Notes: generated by a model not told the origin, from the sequence alone. Numbered from the stretch's first letter, positions 52,702-62,556 are shown. The stretch: DNA of 64,000 bases from an uncultured Gammaproteobacteria bacterium (GCA_964413645.1 CAYPSA010000004.1:25765-89764); one strand, 5' to 3'. Program-made: numbers and translations.

Positions 52702-53544
52702 ATGGATTCAGGAGACCTTCGAGGACTCGTTAGTTCTTTTGTTGAAAACCTCAAGAACCAAGGAAAATCGAATTACACAATTGTAGCATATAAGAAAGAT
52801 TTGGAGCAATTTATTGCCTTCATATCTTCTCGTGAAAAAAACGACATCAAAGAAGTCAAGCGCGATGAGATTGATGGCTTTATTCAAAAGCTATTAGGTG
52901 AAGGATATACAAAGAAATCAGCCTCACGAAAGCTTAATTCAATTAGAACGTTCTTCCGATTCTTAAAGTTAGAAGGTGTTATTGGTCTAAATCCTGCTCT
53001 TGAGGTATCACATCCAAAATATACCCAAGCTCCTCCCCGCATTCTTTCCAAATTAGAATACCGCGCTCTTCGAGATTTTTCTAAAGAAGACCTTCGAACA
53101 TACGCCATTGTAGAACTCTTGCTTCAAACAGGTGTTCGTATTGGAGAGCTTGCAGAAATTAAGACAACCGATATTGGTACGGACTCATTAAAAGTAAATG
53201 GCCGATCAATTCCATTGAATAAGGCTGTTAAAAAAGCTATTGAAGAATATTTAACCATTCGACACAAAACGGATAGCGCGTATTTGTTTGTCACTAAAAC
53301 CGGTCGTCCCCTTTTGGTTCGTAACATTCGCACACTAATTACTCGATGCTTCAGAGAAGTTGGAATCGAAAACGCTAAAGTTCAAGATTTACGAAACACA
53401 TTTATTGCTTATCAGCTCGTTGGAGGCGGATCAATCGCCTATATTTCAAAGATTGTTGGTCACAAACGTCTTTCATCAACTGAAAAATATCTAAACCTCA
53501 TTAAAGAAGAAACCGAACGCAAAGAAAAGCTTGGAGAACTCTAA
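52702..53544 (+). CDS. tyrosine recombinase (XerC/XerD-like)
   Basis: N-terminal SAM-like core-binding domain. Catalytic LLLQTGVRIGEL (Arg), VQDLRNTF (box II with Gln in place of the usual His), VGHKRLSSTEKY (His, Tyr). The ATG at 52702 has TATTAT 7 nt upstream. Confidence 0.8.
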   Translation: MDSGDLRGLVSSFVENLKNQGKSNYTIVAYKKDLEQFIAFISSREKNDIKEVKRDEIDGFIQKLLGEGYTKKSASRKLNSIRTFFRFLKLEGVIGLNPALEVSHPKYTQAPPRILSKLEYRALRDFSKEDLRTYAIVELLLQTGVRIGELAEIKTTDIGTDSLKVNGRSIPLNKAVKKAIEEYLTIRHKTDSAYLFVTKTGRPLLVRNIRTLITRCFREVGIENAKVQDLRNTFIAYQLVGGGSIAYISKIVGHKRLSSTEKYLNLIKEETERKEKLGEL

Positions 53545-53571
53545 GCAACTCAATTCTGCTATCATAAGTAT

Positions 53572-53976
53572 ATGATTCTCTCAATTCACACTGACGGTGG
53601 TTCAAAAGGAAATCCAGGTCCTTCTTCGATTGGTATCTTAATAACGTCTCCAGAGGGAGAACTGCAGCGCTACCGAGAAGATATTGGAATAGCTACCAAT
53701 AATGTTGCGGAATATACAGCGGTCAGTAGAGCGTACGACCTTATTACAACACTTATTAAAGAACGCGGTTTAGATGTAGCCCGACTCAACTTTTATTCTG
53801 ATTCACAGCTTATTGTTCGACAGCTTTCGGGAATTTACAAAGTCAAGAATCCCGTTATGAAAACATTTGTTAATCAAGTTAAGGAAAAAGAAATGATGTT
53901 AGGTATTCCGGTCAGTTACACTTCTGTTCCCCGCGAAGAAAATACGGTTGCTGACGGGCTTGTTAACGGGAATTAA
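53572..53976 (+). CDS. rnhA: ribonuclease HI
   Basis: IHTDGGSKGNPGPSSIG, NNVAEYTAV, YSDSQLIVRQL, NTVADGLVN (DEDD carboxylates). Confidence 0.85.
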   Translation: MILSIHTDGGSKGNPGPSSIGILITSPEGELQRYREDIGIATNNVAEYTAVSRAYDLITTLIKERGLDVARLNFYSDSQLIVRQLSGIYKVKNPVMKTFVNQVKEKEMMLGIPVSYTSVPREENTVADGLVNGN

Positions 53977-54376
53977 TCCATGGATCGATTGCTTTTGCTG
54001 CGTTTAAATACTTATCTGCAGTGTCAATTTCTGCATTTGCACGGTATAGGTGGCCCAAATTTATTAAGATATCCGTACTTTTTGGATTTTTTGCCAACAC
54101 TGATTCTAAGTTTTGGATTGTTGCAACGCGCTGATTTTCTTCACTGAATACCTTCTCATGAAACTCTGGTCCATAGAGACTCTCAAAATATGCTAATTGT
54201 GCAGGAAATTCTTGTGAGGCGCGAATATTTTTCAAAAATAGCACTGTTTGGTCAACATCTTTATACCGTGTTATAGCAGGAAAAAAAGGGGAAACAGCCT
54301 GGGAAATTACCGCATTTGAAATGACCAGAACAGACAGGGCTATTATTAAAAGGGAAGCACCAATTGGGCTGATCAT
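53963..54376 (-). CDS. membrane-anchored protein with TPR-like C-terminal helices
   Basis: N-terminal TM. The C-terminal LINLGHLYRANAEIDTADKYLNAAKAIDP is TPR-like. Overlaps the convergent rnhA by 14 nt. Confidence 0.45.
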   Translation of the reverse strand: MISPIGASLLIIALSVLVISNAVISQAVSPFFPAITRYKDVDQTVLFLKNIRASQEFPAQLAYFESLYGPEFHEKVFSEENQRVATIQNLESVLAKNPKSTDILINLGHLYRANAEIDTADKYLNAAKAIDPWINSR

Positions 54377-54461
54377 AAAAATATCGCAACTACCTTGACT
54401 TAGTATAACAAAGGAAAACCATTCCTTGATTCGATATTAAGAATGCTGTACTATCTCAAGT

Positions 54462-56897
54462 ATGGGTAAAATTAGGACCATCGTGTTATTGAGTAGTTTC
54501 TTTATTGGTTTTATCGTTCTTCTTACCGCAATACAATTACCCCAGTTTATTAAAAAAAATGCTCAAGAACGTGCAATAGACCGCCTAAAAGTAACAGATA
54601 AAACGACAACATCAGAAAAGGCTCTCAAGAATGCTCTCAATAATCGACTGATTGTTAAACTTAAAAAAAATACAACAACACCCATAAAGATTCTTACTAA
54701 AGCAGGATTGAGCAATTCTTACAAATTGCAATCCATAGAAACACCGCTCCTACGTTTTCCACCAAAAGATATGGGAACGTATTTTAGACTTACTGTGCCC
54801 AATTCAAAAGACATTAATAAAACAATCGCCGTGTTAAAGAAAGATAATAATGTTGAATATGTTGAGTCTGATTATATAGTTACAGCAGAAAATCACATCA
54901 ATGACGAGTTTTTCTTGGATCCAAATCCTCCGGCTGAAATAAGAGGATTGGTAAATGGAAGTGGTAAATGGGACCCATCGTTTGATATCCAGTGGAATCT
55001 GAAAAAAATTTCATTTCCACATAATTTGCCGATTGTTAACCCATCTGTAATTATTGCCGTAATAGATACGGGTGTTGATTATAGCCATCCAGAGCTTATA
55101 GATCACATGTGGAAGAATCCTAATGAAATTGTTGGAAATGGAGTAGATGATGACAGGAACGGATATATTGACGATGTTAGAGGGTGGGATGCTGTTACCT
55201 ATGACTTTGTTCCTGAAGATGCGACTGATCCAAACACACGATTTATTAAAAAACCAGACAACGATCCTATGGATGATCCTCGGGAAGACTTTTTTACATA
55301 TTATTACTCGAGTAAGGCTGTTGCGGGTGGGCATGGCACGCATGTTGCGGGAATAGCTTCTGCAACCAGTAATAATTATGGAATGGTTGGGATTAACCCG
55401 GGCGCCACCATTATGCCACTGCGCGTGCTAAATGCCGATGGGTTAGGTTATGCGTCCGATATTGCTGAAATGATTAATTATGCAGTATTTAATAAGGTCA
55501 AAGTGATAAATCTAAGTTTAGTAACATATGGACACTCAAAGATGCTGTACGATGCGATTAAATTTGCCAACGAAATGGGTGTTGTTATTGTCGCTGGTAA
55601 TGCGAACCTTGCTCGAGACTTCAATATGGCTTATCCAGCAGATTACCCAGAAGTCATGGCCGTTTCATCGATAGACTCCTCGAACCGCAAGGTGAACTAT
55701 AATAACGAAAAAACGGATATAGCCGCTCCTGGCGATCAAATTATTGCACCGCGGGCAAAAGGCACAGACATTGCCTGCATACATGATGCTGGCTGTTTAG
55801 GCGGTCGTAAAAAGGAAACAGAATATGTAGTAGGGAAAAATAAAGATTATTATATTATGTCAGGTACGTCTATGGCTACTCCGCATGTTTCAGCACTAGC
55901 GAGTTTAGTAATGACAAAGTGGCCAAATTATACTTCCTCGCAGGTAAAACAAGCTATTTTTGGGAATGTTGATTATGTTGTCCCTGCTCCAGAAGGTATA
56001 TCAACACACTTTGGAGTTATTAATGTCGATCGAACACTCAACAATCCGAAACCATTACCCACTCAATATCCCAGTTTCAAAAACTGGAAACTTTCTTTCG
56101 TTCCTTCCTGTACAAATGGCAATGTACTGTGGGAACAGCGAACCTACTTATCATTAAGGACCGAAAAAATCCTTAATAATGGCCAAAAAAGTTCGGATGG
56201 TCGAGTTCTTTCAAAAAAAGCTCTTGAAGAAAAAACGTTCAACATAACATCACCCGATATAGATACACCGATTATGATTTCAATGTGGACGGGCTATGAT
56301 GGAAAACTAACTCGAAGCAATACCGCAGCACTTCCGCATAAAAGCATGATTTTTGACAGATTTGATGAGTCGGTTATTTGGAATGCTCGAGATTTGCCAT
56401 CAGGAGAATACGAATTCAAATATAAAATTGATGACCCTATTGCATGTAATCCCTTAAAATGGAACATTACAGCTGAAATAGTATGTAAGAATAATCGAAT
56501 GTCTGAATTACTTGAGACCCAAATGGCATATATGATTTGGCCTCCTGGAAAGCAAAAATGGCAAACACTTCCAATAAATAAAGTTTTGAGTCATGAATTC
56601 GATATGAATACAGTTGCACCGTTTTCAAAAATATATATTGCGATGAAAACGGGTGATGGTTTATTTCTACAGCCAAATTATAAAGTTATGCGAGACCGTG
56701 AATCTTTCACACCGACTAATGAATATATTACTTTCTCAAACTTTGGATCAAATAAAAAATATCCAGTGATTGACTGGTATATAAATGACACTCTCGAACA
56801 AAGGCCGCGATTTATACAGGCAGTGCAAGCAGATGGATATATCGAAAAGCTTACTTTTCAATTTTACGCTCCAGATGAATGGTGCCAGCGTTTATAG
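54462..56897 (+). CDS. secreted subtilisin-family (S8) serine peptidase with large C-terminal extension
   Basis: Catalytic triad contexts VIAVIDTGVDYSHPEL (Asp), GHGTHVAGIA (His), SGTSMATPHVSALASL (Ser). N-terminal TM/signal. About 290 aa C-terminal region of unknown fold. Confidence 0.85.
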   Translation: MGKIRTIVLLSSFFIGFIVLLTAIQLPQFIKKNAQERAIDRLKVTDKTTTSEKALKNALNNRLIVKLKKNTTTPIKILTKAGLSNSYKLQSIETPLLRFPPKDMGTYFRLTVPNSKDINKTIAVLKKDNNVEYVESDYIVTAENHINDEFFLDPNPPAEIRGLVNGSGKWDPSFDIQWNLKKISFPHNLPIVNPSVIIAVIDTGVDYSHPELIDHMWKNPNEIVGNGVDDDRNGYIDDVRGWDAVTYDFVPEDATDPNTRFIKKPDNDPMDDPREDFFTYYYSSKAVAGGHGTHVAGIASATSNNYGMVGINPGATIMPLRVLNADGLGYASDIAEMINYAVFNKVKVINLSLVTYGHSKMLYDAIKFANEMGVVIVAGNANLARDFNMAYPADYPEVMAVSSIDSSNRKVNYNNEKTDIAAPGDQIIAPRAKGTDIACIHDAGCLGGRKKETEYVVGKNKDYYIMSGTSMATPHVSALASLVMTKWPNYTSSQVKQAIFGNVDYVVPAPEGISTHFGVINVDRTLNNPKPLPTQYPSFKNWKLSFVPSCTNGNVLWEQRTYLSLRTEKILNNGQKSSDGRVLSKKALEEKTFNITSPDIDTPIMISMWTGYDGKLTRSNTAALPHKSMIFDRFDESVIWNARDLPSGEYEFKYKIDDPIACNPLKWNITAEIVCKNNRMSELLETQMAYMIWPPGKQKWQTLPINKVLSHEFDMNTVAPFSKIYIAMKTGDGLFLQPNYKVMRDRESFTPTNEYITFSNFGSNKKYPVIDWYINDTLEQRPRFIQAVQADGYIEKLTFQFYAPDEWCQRL

Positions 56898-56942
56898 AGC
56901 TGAACCTACCATACGGACTTAGAATTCATCTATAATATAACC

Positions 56943-59282
56943 ATGGATGATGTAACCGGCAGAATCGTACTCTCTATACTTGTAATATTCACGTTTATAT
57001 TCGCTGCTTTATTGACTGTTGGCATCTTTTACCTATATGTCATGTACGTACGGCTTAAAAAGCGAGAAAAGGCCTCTTTGGACATGGTTACGATGGAAGT
57101 TCGGGTTCCAAAAGATAATGAAATCAAAATAGATGCTGCTGAACAGATGTTTTCAGGGTTTTCTGGACTTGCAACGCATGGGTTTTGGCATTTTTTTGAA
57201 GTTTCAGACACGATTGCATTTGAGATTGTTGCCAAAGAAGCTGAAATCCGGTTTTATGTTACTGCTCCATCAAAGCTCCGTGATTTAGTTGAAAAACAGA
57301 TTTATGGATATTATTCTGCGGCCGATATTAAGCTAGTTGACGAGCCACACGTGTTTACTGAAGATGGTGCGGTAGCCTGGGCAGAGCTTCGACAAAAAAA
57401 GGATGAATTTAAGCCAATTAAAACATACAAAGAGCTTCCCACCGACCCATTGTCGGGAATAACGTCTGCTCTTTCGAAGATGGGTGTAGGTGAAGGAGCT
57501 GTGCTGCAAATTCTTATTCGTCCAATCAATAGTCATTGGAAACATAAGGGAAAAGAATATATTTCTGGTACAAAAAAGAAAGAAGCAACCCCCGATGAGG
57601 CAAGTTTTAGCGTAGATGCAAAAACACTTGAGAAAATTGATGAAAAAGTTTCGCGATCGGGTTTTGAAACGGCAATTCGCATTGTTGTGTCATCAAAAAA
57701 TAAAGACATGGCAGATTTACATTTGAAAAATATCAAATCGTCTTTTTCACAATTTACATCTGACTTAAATAACTTTGGATCTGCTAACATGCTTTTCAAA
57801 AGCAGCTTTATGTTGAATTTTATTTATAAATTTTTCCCCGTGTTTAATTTACCCATTTATAAGACAACGTCTATCCTTTCGACCGATGAACTGGCGAGTA
57901 TTTTCCATTTCCCAAATAAAACAATAGAAACACCGCATATTAAATGGTTAAAAGCGAAAACTGCTCCAGTGGCCGCAGAGGTTCCTCAGAGTGGCGGAAC
58001 AAGTATTGGAATGGGACAATATCGAGGTGTTCGACGACCGATTCATATTCAGCTCGTCGATCGTCGCAGACACACGTATATTATCGGAAAAACAGGTACT
58101 GGAAAATCACAACTGCTTTTGGAAATGGCCCGACAAGATATTGTTGCGGGTCATGGTGTTTGCGTCATTGATCCGCATGGAGATTTGATTGAGGATATTA
58201 TTAAGCACATTCCTCCTTCACGAGCCGAGGATATTATTTATTTCGATCCTTCCGATGGGGAACGGCCCATGGGGCTTAACTTGCTCGACGCTCGGACCGA
58301 GGAAGAGCAGCATTTTATTACATCTGCAATTATTAACTTGATGTATAAATTGTACGATCCACAGAGAACGGGAATTATTGGTCCACGATTTGAACACGCG
58401 GTTCGTAATGCAATGCTTACGGTTATGGTCGATCCTGGTGCTACGTTTATTGAGGTCGTTCGAGTGCTGACGGATCAAAAATATGTGCAGGAACTCCTGC
58501 CAAAAGTAAAAGATCCTATTATTCGTCGATACTGGACTGATCAAATCGCTCAAACGTCAGACTTCCATAAGTCCGAAGTTCTTGATTATATCGTTTCAAA
58601 ATTTGGTCGATTTGTTACCAACAAAACAATGCGAAATATTATTGGGCAATCAAATTCCGCATTTAATTTCCGAGAAGTTATGGATGAAGGAAAGGTGCTT
58701 CTTATTAATCTTTCCAAAGGAAAATTGGGAGAAGAAAATTCTAACTTCTTAGGTCTTGTTTTGGTCCCAAAAATATTGGTTGCGGCAATGAGCCGACAAG
58801 ATATTCCAGAAGAAAAACGCCGAGATTTTTTCTTGTACGTCGACGAGTTTCAAAATTTTGCAACGCCAGATTTTGCGACAATTCTTTCAGAGGCTCGAAA
58901 ATATCGATTATCGCTTACCGTAGCAAATCAGTTCATCGGACAAATGGATGAAGAAGTCAAAAATGCTGTTTTTGGAAACGTAGGAACCTTGATGTGTTTC
59001 CGTGTTGGTGTAACGGATGCTTCATATATGTCACATGAATTCCAACCTATTTTTAGTGAATCAGATTTAATTAACATTGATCGATTTAATGCATACATGA
59101 AAACAATCGTTGATAATGAACCAGTTCCTCCATTCTCGGTCGACACAACAAAAGATATGACCGAGCTTAATGCAGCAGCAAATCCAAAAGTTGCTGATGC
59201 TATAATTCAGCTATCACGACTTAAATATGGCCGACCTCGTGAACTTGTTGAGGCCGAAATTATTCAACGCTCCAAACTATGA
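56943..59282 (+). CDS. T4SS coupling-protein-like (TraD/VirD4/TcpA-type) ATPase
   Basis: N-terminal TM (IVLSILVIFTFIFAALLTVGIFYLYVMY), Walker A GKTGTGKSQLL, Walker B FFLYVDEFQNF, and LTVANQF. TATAAT lies 6 nt before the ATG. Confidence 0.7.
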   Translation: MDDVTGRIVLSILVIFTFIFAALLTVGIFYLYVMYVRLKKREKASLDMVTMEVRVPKDNEIKIDAAEQMFSGFSGLATHGFWHFFEVSDTIAFEIVAKEAEIRFYVTAPSKLRDLVEKQIYGYYSAADIKLVDEPHVFTEDGAVAWAELRQKKDEFKPIKTYKELPTDPLSGITSALSKMGVGEGAVLQILIRPINSHWKHKGKEYISGTKKKEATPDEASFSVDAKTLEKIDEKVSRSGFETAIRIVVSSKNKDMADLHLKNIKSSFSQFTSDLNNFGSANMLFKSSFMLNFIYKFFPVFNLPIYKTTSILSTDELASIFHFPNKTIETPHIKWLKAKTAPVAAEVPQSGGTSIGMGQYRGVRRPIHIQLVDRRRHTYIIGKTGTGKSQLLLEMARQDIVAGHGVCVIDPHGDLIEDIIKHIPPSRAEDIIYFDPSDGERPMGLNLLDARTEEEQHFITSAIINLMYKLYDPQRTGIIGPRFEHAVRNAMLTVMVDPGATFIEVVRVLTDQKYVQELLPKVKDPIIRRYWTDQIAQTSDFHKSEVLDYIVSKFGRFVTNKTMRNIIGQSNSAFNFREVMDEGKVLLINLSKGKLGEENSNFLGLVLVPKILVAAMSRQDIPEEKRRDFFLYVDEFQNFATPDFATILSEARKYRLSLTVANQFIGQMDEEVKNAVFGNVGTLMCFRVGVTDASYMSHEFQPIFSESDLINIDRFNAYMKTIVDNEPVPPFSVDTTKDMTELNAAANPKVADAIIQLSRLKYGRPRELVEAEIIQRSKL

Positions 59283-59998
59283 TCGCCGATTTTCATCCAA
59301 CCCTAACTGAAAAAATACAATTATCCCATGATGTATGGAGACTGGTTTTTACATTACAGCCAGGTGAGCAGCTGGAATTTGCTGCTGGACAATACATGAT
59401 TTTGCGCGTTGGAGAGGTCCGACGACTGTACTCAATTCTTTCTACACCAACTGAAAAAGGCAAGTTTGAATTGTTGATTGAAGTGGTTCCAAACGGAATT
59501 GGATCAAAGTACTTGTGTGATTTGAAAGTTGGGGACACTGCTTTTTTTCAAGGACCTGCGGGAATTTTTACGTTAAAAGACGAGCGACCCGAAAAAGTTT
59601 TTATGGCAACGGGAACGGGTATTGCTCCAATTTTGAGCATGATCGGAACGCTTTTGCAAAGTGGATGGGATAAAGATATGTATCTGTATTGGGGGCTACG
59701 TGCGCAAAAAGATTTATATTTTGTACAAGAAATTAAGGATCTTATGGTGGCACATCCAAACCTTAAGGCCATTATTTGCTTATCGCAAGAAACTGATGAA
59801 ACAGTTTTTTCTGATCCGCTTTTTCGAAAGGGAAGAATAAATATGTATGTTCACGGACATATTACAAAAGATGTGGAAATAAAAAATTCGACAACATTTT
59901 ATATCTGCGGCGCCCAGCCAATAGTGGAATCGCTTAAAACATTTGTGGCAGAAAATGGAATCGATAAAGCCAATATTCATTTTGAAAAATTTGTATGA
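59279..59998 (+). CDS. FNR-family FAD/NAD(P)H oxidoreductase (flavin-reductase-like)
   Basis: FAD-binding RLYSI, NAD(P)-binding ATGTGIAP, and a C-terminal ...CGAQPIVESL...HFEKF. ATGA overlap with the upstream ATPase gene. Confidence 0.7.
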   Translation: MIADFHPTLTEKIQLSHDVWRLVFTLQPGEQLEFAAGQYMILRVGEVRRLYSILSTPTEKGKFELLIEVVPNGIGSKYLCDLKVGDTAFFQGPAGIFTLKDERPEKVFMATGTGIAPILSMIGTLLQSGWDKDMYLYWGLRAQKDLYFVQEIKDLMVAHPNLKAIICLSQETDETVFSDPLFRKGRINMYVHGHITKDVEIKNSTTFYICGAQPIVESLKTFVAENGIDKANIHFEKFV

Positions 59999-61770
59999 GA
60001 CAAATATTCTCTGTCATTCCGATTCCCTTAGTCATTCTGATCCGCCGACTGGCGGAGAAGAATCTCCTCGTCACTAAATTGCCGATACTCTTAATCCTTA
60101 TCTTCGCCCTCTGCATACGTCTTTATGGACTTAACTGGGATCAAGGACAGCATTTACATCCGGATGAACGGTTTTTGACGATGGTCGCAGTTGCCCAGGA
60201 ATTTCCAAAAACATTGTCGCAGTATTTTGACCCTACAACCTCAAAATTAAACCCTTCAAATATCGGACACCAATTTTATGTATACGGAACATTTCCCATT
60301 ACGTTTGTAAAATATGTCGCTACACTTCTTGGTAAAGGAGATTATTTCAACCTAACGCTAGTAGGTAGAGCGGTGAGTGCGGTTTTGGATGTGGGGATTG
60401 TTTTACTGGTTTATCTATTCGTAGCCCTTTTTGAAAAACAATACAAATGGGATCGTAGAATTAAATACGTAAGTGCGTTTTTGTATTCAGTTATGGTCTT
60501 TCCGATTCAGCAAGCCCATTTTTTTACTGTAGATAGTTTTGTTACTTTTTTTATGCTCTGCTCGCTCTATTTTGCATATCGCGCGCGCCTGCTACGCCCT
60601 TACCGAGAATTAAATATTATTCTGACTGCAGTTTTTTTTGGATTAGCACTTGCTAGTAAAGTAAATACTCTATATATCGCCCCACTACTCGGTGCAATCC
60701 TTTTTGTAAGGAGCATAAAGCGATTTAATTTTCGTGAAATTCCTTCGATAGTTATTTCAGGACTTTTTTTTATTGCTACAACATATATTTTTCTTCGTCT
60801 AGCTGACCCCTATTTGTTTGCAAATGGAAATTTTTTTGATCCTCAAATAAGTAAAATTTTTATAAAGAATATTCTTGAATTACAAATACTCAACACCCCC
60901 GAGGCCTGGTACCCGCCAGGAGTTCAGTGGATTTCAAAAACAAAAATTCTGTTTCCACTACAAAACATTTTTTTCTTTGGTATGGGGCCGGTGCTTTTTA
61001 TCTCGGCTATCCTTGGAGTAATTATGCTACTGAAAAATAATCTCCGTTTGGAGCTGTACCTACTTTATCTGTGGGTCTTTGCGTTTTTTATATACCAAGG
61101 AATGCAGTTCGGTATGACGATGCGATATTTTTCTATTTTGTATCCACTTTTGACAATTCCTGCTGGGTATTTTGTAGCCAATCTTTTTTCTTTTAATATC
61201 ATCAAATCCTCCAGAGATGGTTCTCATAGAGCGTGGAGCAAGGCAAAGAGACCTATTTTTATTATCTACGTAATTCTCATACTCATATGGCCTCTCGCAT
61301 TTCTGTCTATTTACTCTCGACCTCATTCTAGGGTGACCGCTTCCAAATGGATGTATGAAAATTTACCACCCACAGCGGTTCTTGCTCAGGAACATTGGGA
61401 TGATTCGCTCCCTCTTGGGTTTCCTGAGAACATAAACTCTTTTACCACTATTCAAATGCCCGTTTTTGCACCTGACGATGCGGTCAAATGGGCAGAGATT
61501 ACGGATGCGCTTCAAAAAGCTGACTACATCGTTTTTACGAGCAATCGCGGGTATGGTAGCATGACAACTGCTCCGCAGCGATTTCCCAGAATGGTCCAAT
61601 TTTATACTGATCTATTCGCTGGGAAACTCGAGTTTAAAAAAATAAAAGAATTTACCTCATATCCGGGCATTCATATTGGAAGCATTGGCTTTGAAATTCC
61701 CGATCAATGGAGTGAGGAAGCGTTTACAGTGTATGATCATCCGAAAATAACTATTTTCAAGAAAGAATAA
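59995..61770 (+). CDS. GT39/ArnT-like polyprenyl-phosphate-sugar-dependent glycosyltransferase
   Basis: About 12 TM helices and LHPDERF (DE motif) in the first loop. The ATG at 59995 overlaps the upstream stop (ATGA), but codons 6-25 come from a repeat; an alternative TTG start is at 60079. Confidence 0.7.
   Translation: MRQIFSVIPIPLVILIRRLAEKNLLVTKLPILLILIFALCIRLYGLNWDQGQHLHPDERFLTMVAVAQEFPKTLSQYFDPTTSKLNPSNIGHQFYVYGTFPITFVKYVATLLGKGDYFNLTLVGRAVSAVLDVGIVLLVYLFVALFEKQYKWDRRIKYVSAFLYSVMVFPIQQAHFFTVDSFVTFFMLCSLYFAYRARLLRPYRELNIILTAVFFGLALASKVNTLYIAPLLGAILFVRSIKRFNFREIPSIVISGLFFIATTYIFLRLADPYLFANGNFFDPQISKIFIKNILELQILNTPEAWYPPGVQWISKTKILFPLQNIFFFGMGPVLFISAILGVIMLLKNNLRLELYLLYLWVFAFFIYQGMQFGMTMRYFSILYPLLTIPAGYFVANLFSFNIIKSSRDGSHRAWSKAKRPIFIIYVILILIWPLAFLSIYSRPHSRVTASKWMYENLPPTAVLAQEHWDDSLPLGFPENINSFTTIQMPVFAPDDAVKWAEITDALQKADYIVFTSNRGYGSMTTAPQRFPRMVQFYTDLFAGKLEFKKIKEFTSYPGIHIGSIGFEIPDQWSEEAFTVYDHPKITIFKKE
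60013..60067. repeat. GTCATYC-family element with duplicated head
   Basis: gtcattccgattcccttagtcattctgatccgccgactggcggagaagaatctcc. Confidence 0.85.
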
Positions 61771-61776
61771 TTATAT

Positions 61777-62544
61777 ATGATAGGAGAACTTATACTAAGA
61801 AAAACAGGATACTATGCTTCATCATTATTAGTGATAGTACTGTCACTGAAGAATCCGTGGAATTTATTGCCGATATTTTTCAAAAAAGAGGCCCGATTAA
61901 ATTTTCGGAACGGGATGTCTTTGTATGCAAGTCAGCCGTTAGATGTATTAGTAATGAAAGAAACAATATTTGATGATGTCTATGGGGTGAGTACTCTGAG
62001 GCAAACTGATGAATTGGAGCCTGCGTACATTATTGACGTAGGAGCAGCAATGGGAGATTTCGCGATTTTCGCTAGTCGAACATTTCCAAACGCAAAAATT
62101 GTAGCATTCGATCCGAATCCACAGCTGTTTAAACTTTTGGAAAAAAATATCAGAGCGAATCAGATGAAAAACATAATGACACGACCTTTACCACTTGGCA
62201 ATAAGCCAGTATATACAATTTATGTAGGTGCTTCGAATGTACGCAGTTCGACTATTAAAGATGATTTAACACGGAAGATAATTAAGCTAAAACCAGAACC
62301 ACTTGAAAAGTACTTAACCCGAAATGTTGATTTGCTGAAAATCGACACAGAAGGCGGTGAGGTAGATATCTTAAAAAGTGTTAAATCGTGGCAAAAAATT
62401 AGGCGCGTTGTATGTGAGTATCACCGACATCTGGTGAAAGACCAAGACTTGCTTATAATAAAAATTTTATCTAACCACTTTAAAGATGTTCGCAAAAATC
62501 CGGACCAGTACAATAAAGATATTGGATATATCATTGCGTGCTAG
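61777..62544 (+). CDS. FkbM-family methyltransferase
   Basis: IIDVGAAMGDFAIFA SAM motif and LLKIDTEGGEVDIL, typical of the FkbM family. Confidence 0.7.
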   Translation: MIGELILRKTGYYASSLLVIVLSLKNPWNLLPIFFKKEARLNFRNGMSLYASQPLDVLVMKETIFDDVYGVSTLRQTDELEPAYIIDVGAAMGDFAIFASRTFPNAKIVAFDPNPQLFKLLEKNIRANQMKNIMTRPLPLGNKPVYTIYVGASNVRSSTIKDDLTRKIIKLKPEPLEKYLTRNVDLLKIDTEGGEVDILKSVKSWQKIRRVVCEYHRHLVKDQDLLIIKILSNHFKDVRKNPDQYNKDIGYIIAC

Positions 62545-62556
62545 CGCATCGCCTCG

